From contig JASEJN010000003.1 in NCBI GenBank assembly GCA_030016385.1, positions 15,048-79,047 of the forward strand: 64,000 nt of DNA. Direction: 5' to 3'. Both the position numbers and the translations under genes were made by a program. Every line of letters starts with the position of its first letter. Position 1 is the stretch's first letter. Positions 63,247 through 64,000 of the stretch are shown piece by piece. The notes beneath the pieces are model-generated. The model worked only from the letters and a program-made list of their open reading frames with translations. It was not told where the DNA came from and did not search any database. This DNA is from Clostridiales bacterium (GTDB lineage Bacteria; Bacillota; Clostridia; Clostridiales; Oxobacteraceae).

Positions 63247-64000
63247 CTATCTTTTCTTCCTGAGAGCCATTCTTTTTTTATCATTTGCCTGAAGGTATTC
63301 CGGCCTGTAGATAAAGGACCTGATCGGGAATCTTACTACACTGTCTTTGAAATCCCGGGCCGACATTCCGGCAAAGGGTGCAAGATACGGCACCCCAAAA
63401 CTTTTTAGGTTTACAAGGTGAATAAGCAAGGCGATCAGCCCGAGCATTACTCCATACAGCCCTAATACCGCTGCGAGTATCATAAGCACAAACCTGACTA
63501 TCCGCATGCCTGTATTCAGACCGAAATTTGGAATCGTAAATGATGATATAGCGGTTATCGATACAATTATAACCATAATAGGGCTCACGATTTTTGCGCT
63601 TACCGCTGCCTGGCCGATTATAATACCTCCGACTATACCGATGGTTCCACCTATGGGATCCGGCAGCCTGACTCCGGCCTCCCTCAAGAGCTCAAGGGAT
63701 AATTCCATTATGATAGCTTCGATGAACGCGGGAAAAGGCACTCCTTCCCTTGAGCCTGCAATAGAAAGTGCAAATCTATAGGGAATTATGTCCGGATTGT
63801 ATGACGTTATGGCGATATAAAGTGCTGGAAGGAGCAAAGAAAATATCGCCGCAGTTATTCTGGTACCCCTTACGAATGTAGCAATTATCCATCTCTGATA
63901 GTAATCCTCTGAGGAGTGAAGCATCCCTATCAATGTGCCCGGCACAATAAGCACAAAAGGTGAATTATCGACGATTATGCCTACCCTCCCCTCCAGTATT
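63247..64000 (-). CDS. spore germination protein, GerAA-type subunit (C-terminal part; 5' end outside the window)
   Basis: The frame stays open upstream of the ORF-track start to the window edge (...ILEGRVGIIVDNSPFVLIVPGT, the conserved GerA-family motif). The C-terminal part is a multi-TM region. Confidence 0.85.
   Translation of the reverse strand, partial: ILEGRVGIIVDNSPFVLIVPGTLIGMLHSSEDYYQRWIIATFVRGTRITAAIFSLLLPALYIAITSYNPDIIPYRFALSIAGSREGVPFPAFIEAIIMELSLELLREAGVRLPDPIGGTIGIVGGIIIGQAAVSAKIVSPIMVIIVSITAISSFTIPNFGLNTGMRIVRFVLMILAAVLGLYGVMLGLIALLIHLVNLKSFGVPYLAPFAGMSARDFKDSVVRFPIRSFIYRPEYLQANDKKRMALRKKR

Noticed and set aside
1-64000. Nested or antisense ORFs of 60-180 aa listed in the ORF track inside larger genes (for example 624-872, 2126-2428, 3841-4272, 12110-12349, 12741-12959, 21905-22144, 29272-29595, 37778-38284, 43779-44156, 49219-49632, 57330-57755, 62099-62641, 62729-63190)
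   Set aside because: All lie within, and mostly antisense to, long ORFs with clear family motifs. They have biased low-complexity composition typical of AT-rich shadow frames.
1-64000. Search for CRISPR arrays, tRNA/rRNA genes, riboswitch-like leaders and defence-system genes
   Set aside because: No regularly spaced direct repeats, no cloverleaf-like or rRNA-like segments, and no nuclease, helicase or methylase-type ORFs were noticed. The intergenic regions examined contain only promoters, operators and hairpins.

Overview
This window is a chromosomal segment from a low-GC, endospore-forming Firmicute that looks Clostridia-like; the species cannot be named from sequence alone. Almost all genes are on the minus strand. 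No rRNA, tRNA or CRISPR array was seen. Contents from left to right: (1) Cell-wall genes: partial ddl, a murF with an unusual N-terminal polytopic membrane domain, and an alpha/beta hydrolase. (2) An ~18 kb plant-glycan catabolic cluster. Its enzymes all lack signal peptides: a DUF2264-like protein, GH127 beta-L-arabinofuranosidase, GH27, a divergent GH51-like protein, a 1105-aa DUF5107/TPR-like protein and a beta-helix protein. It also carries an LplABC-type ABC importer and a YesM/YesN-type two-component system. (3) The L-arabinose core: an AraM-like dehydrogenase, a 9-Cys miniprotein, GH51 abfA, and divergent araR-araB-araD with three AraR-type operators. araA is absent from the window. (4) A heparinase II/III-like gene plus a second LplABC-type importer. 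(5) A decayed junction: an IS110-family element with a frameshifted and nonsense-interrupted transposase and a structured 5' leader (bridge-RNA candidate), an SGNH-hydrolase pseudogene, and a 3' relic of a second heparinase-like gene. (6) The most unusual region is a ~15 kb ten-gene operon. It encodes a membrane-anchored GH30, two solute-binding proteins with large accessory domains, and two permease pairs with no ATPase. Wedged between the permease pairs are three membrane proteins of unknown function: an NHL propeller/TPR protein, a Yip1-like protein and an 875-aa anchored protein. (7) A LacI-family regulator and a GH35 beta-galactosidase, with similar palindromic operators in front of both transcription units. 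(8) Sporulation and germination genes: an alpha/beta-type SASP, ypeB, a GT28 glycosyltransferase, spoIIR and a gerA-type operon (the gerAA-like gene runs off the window).
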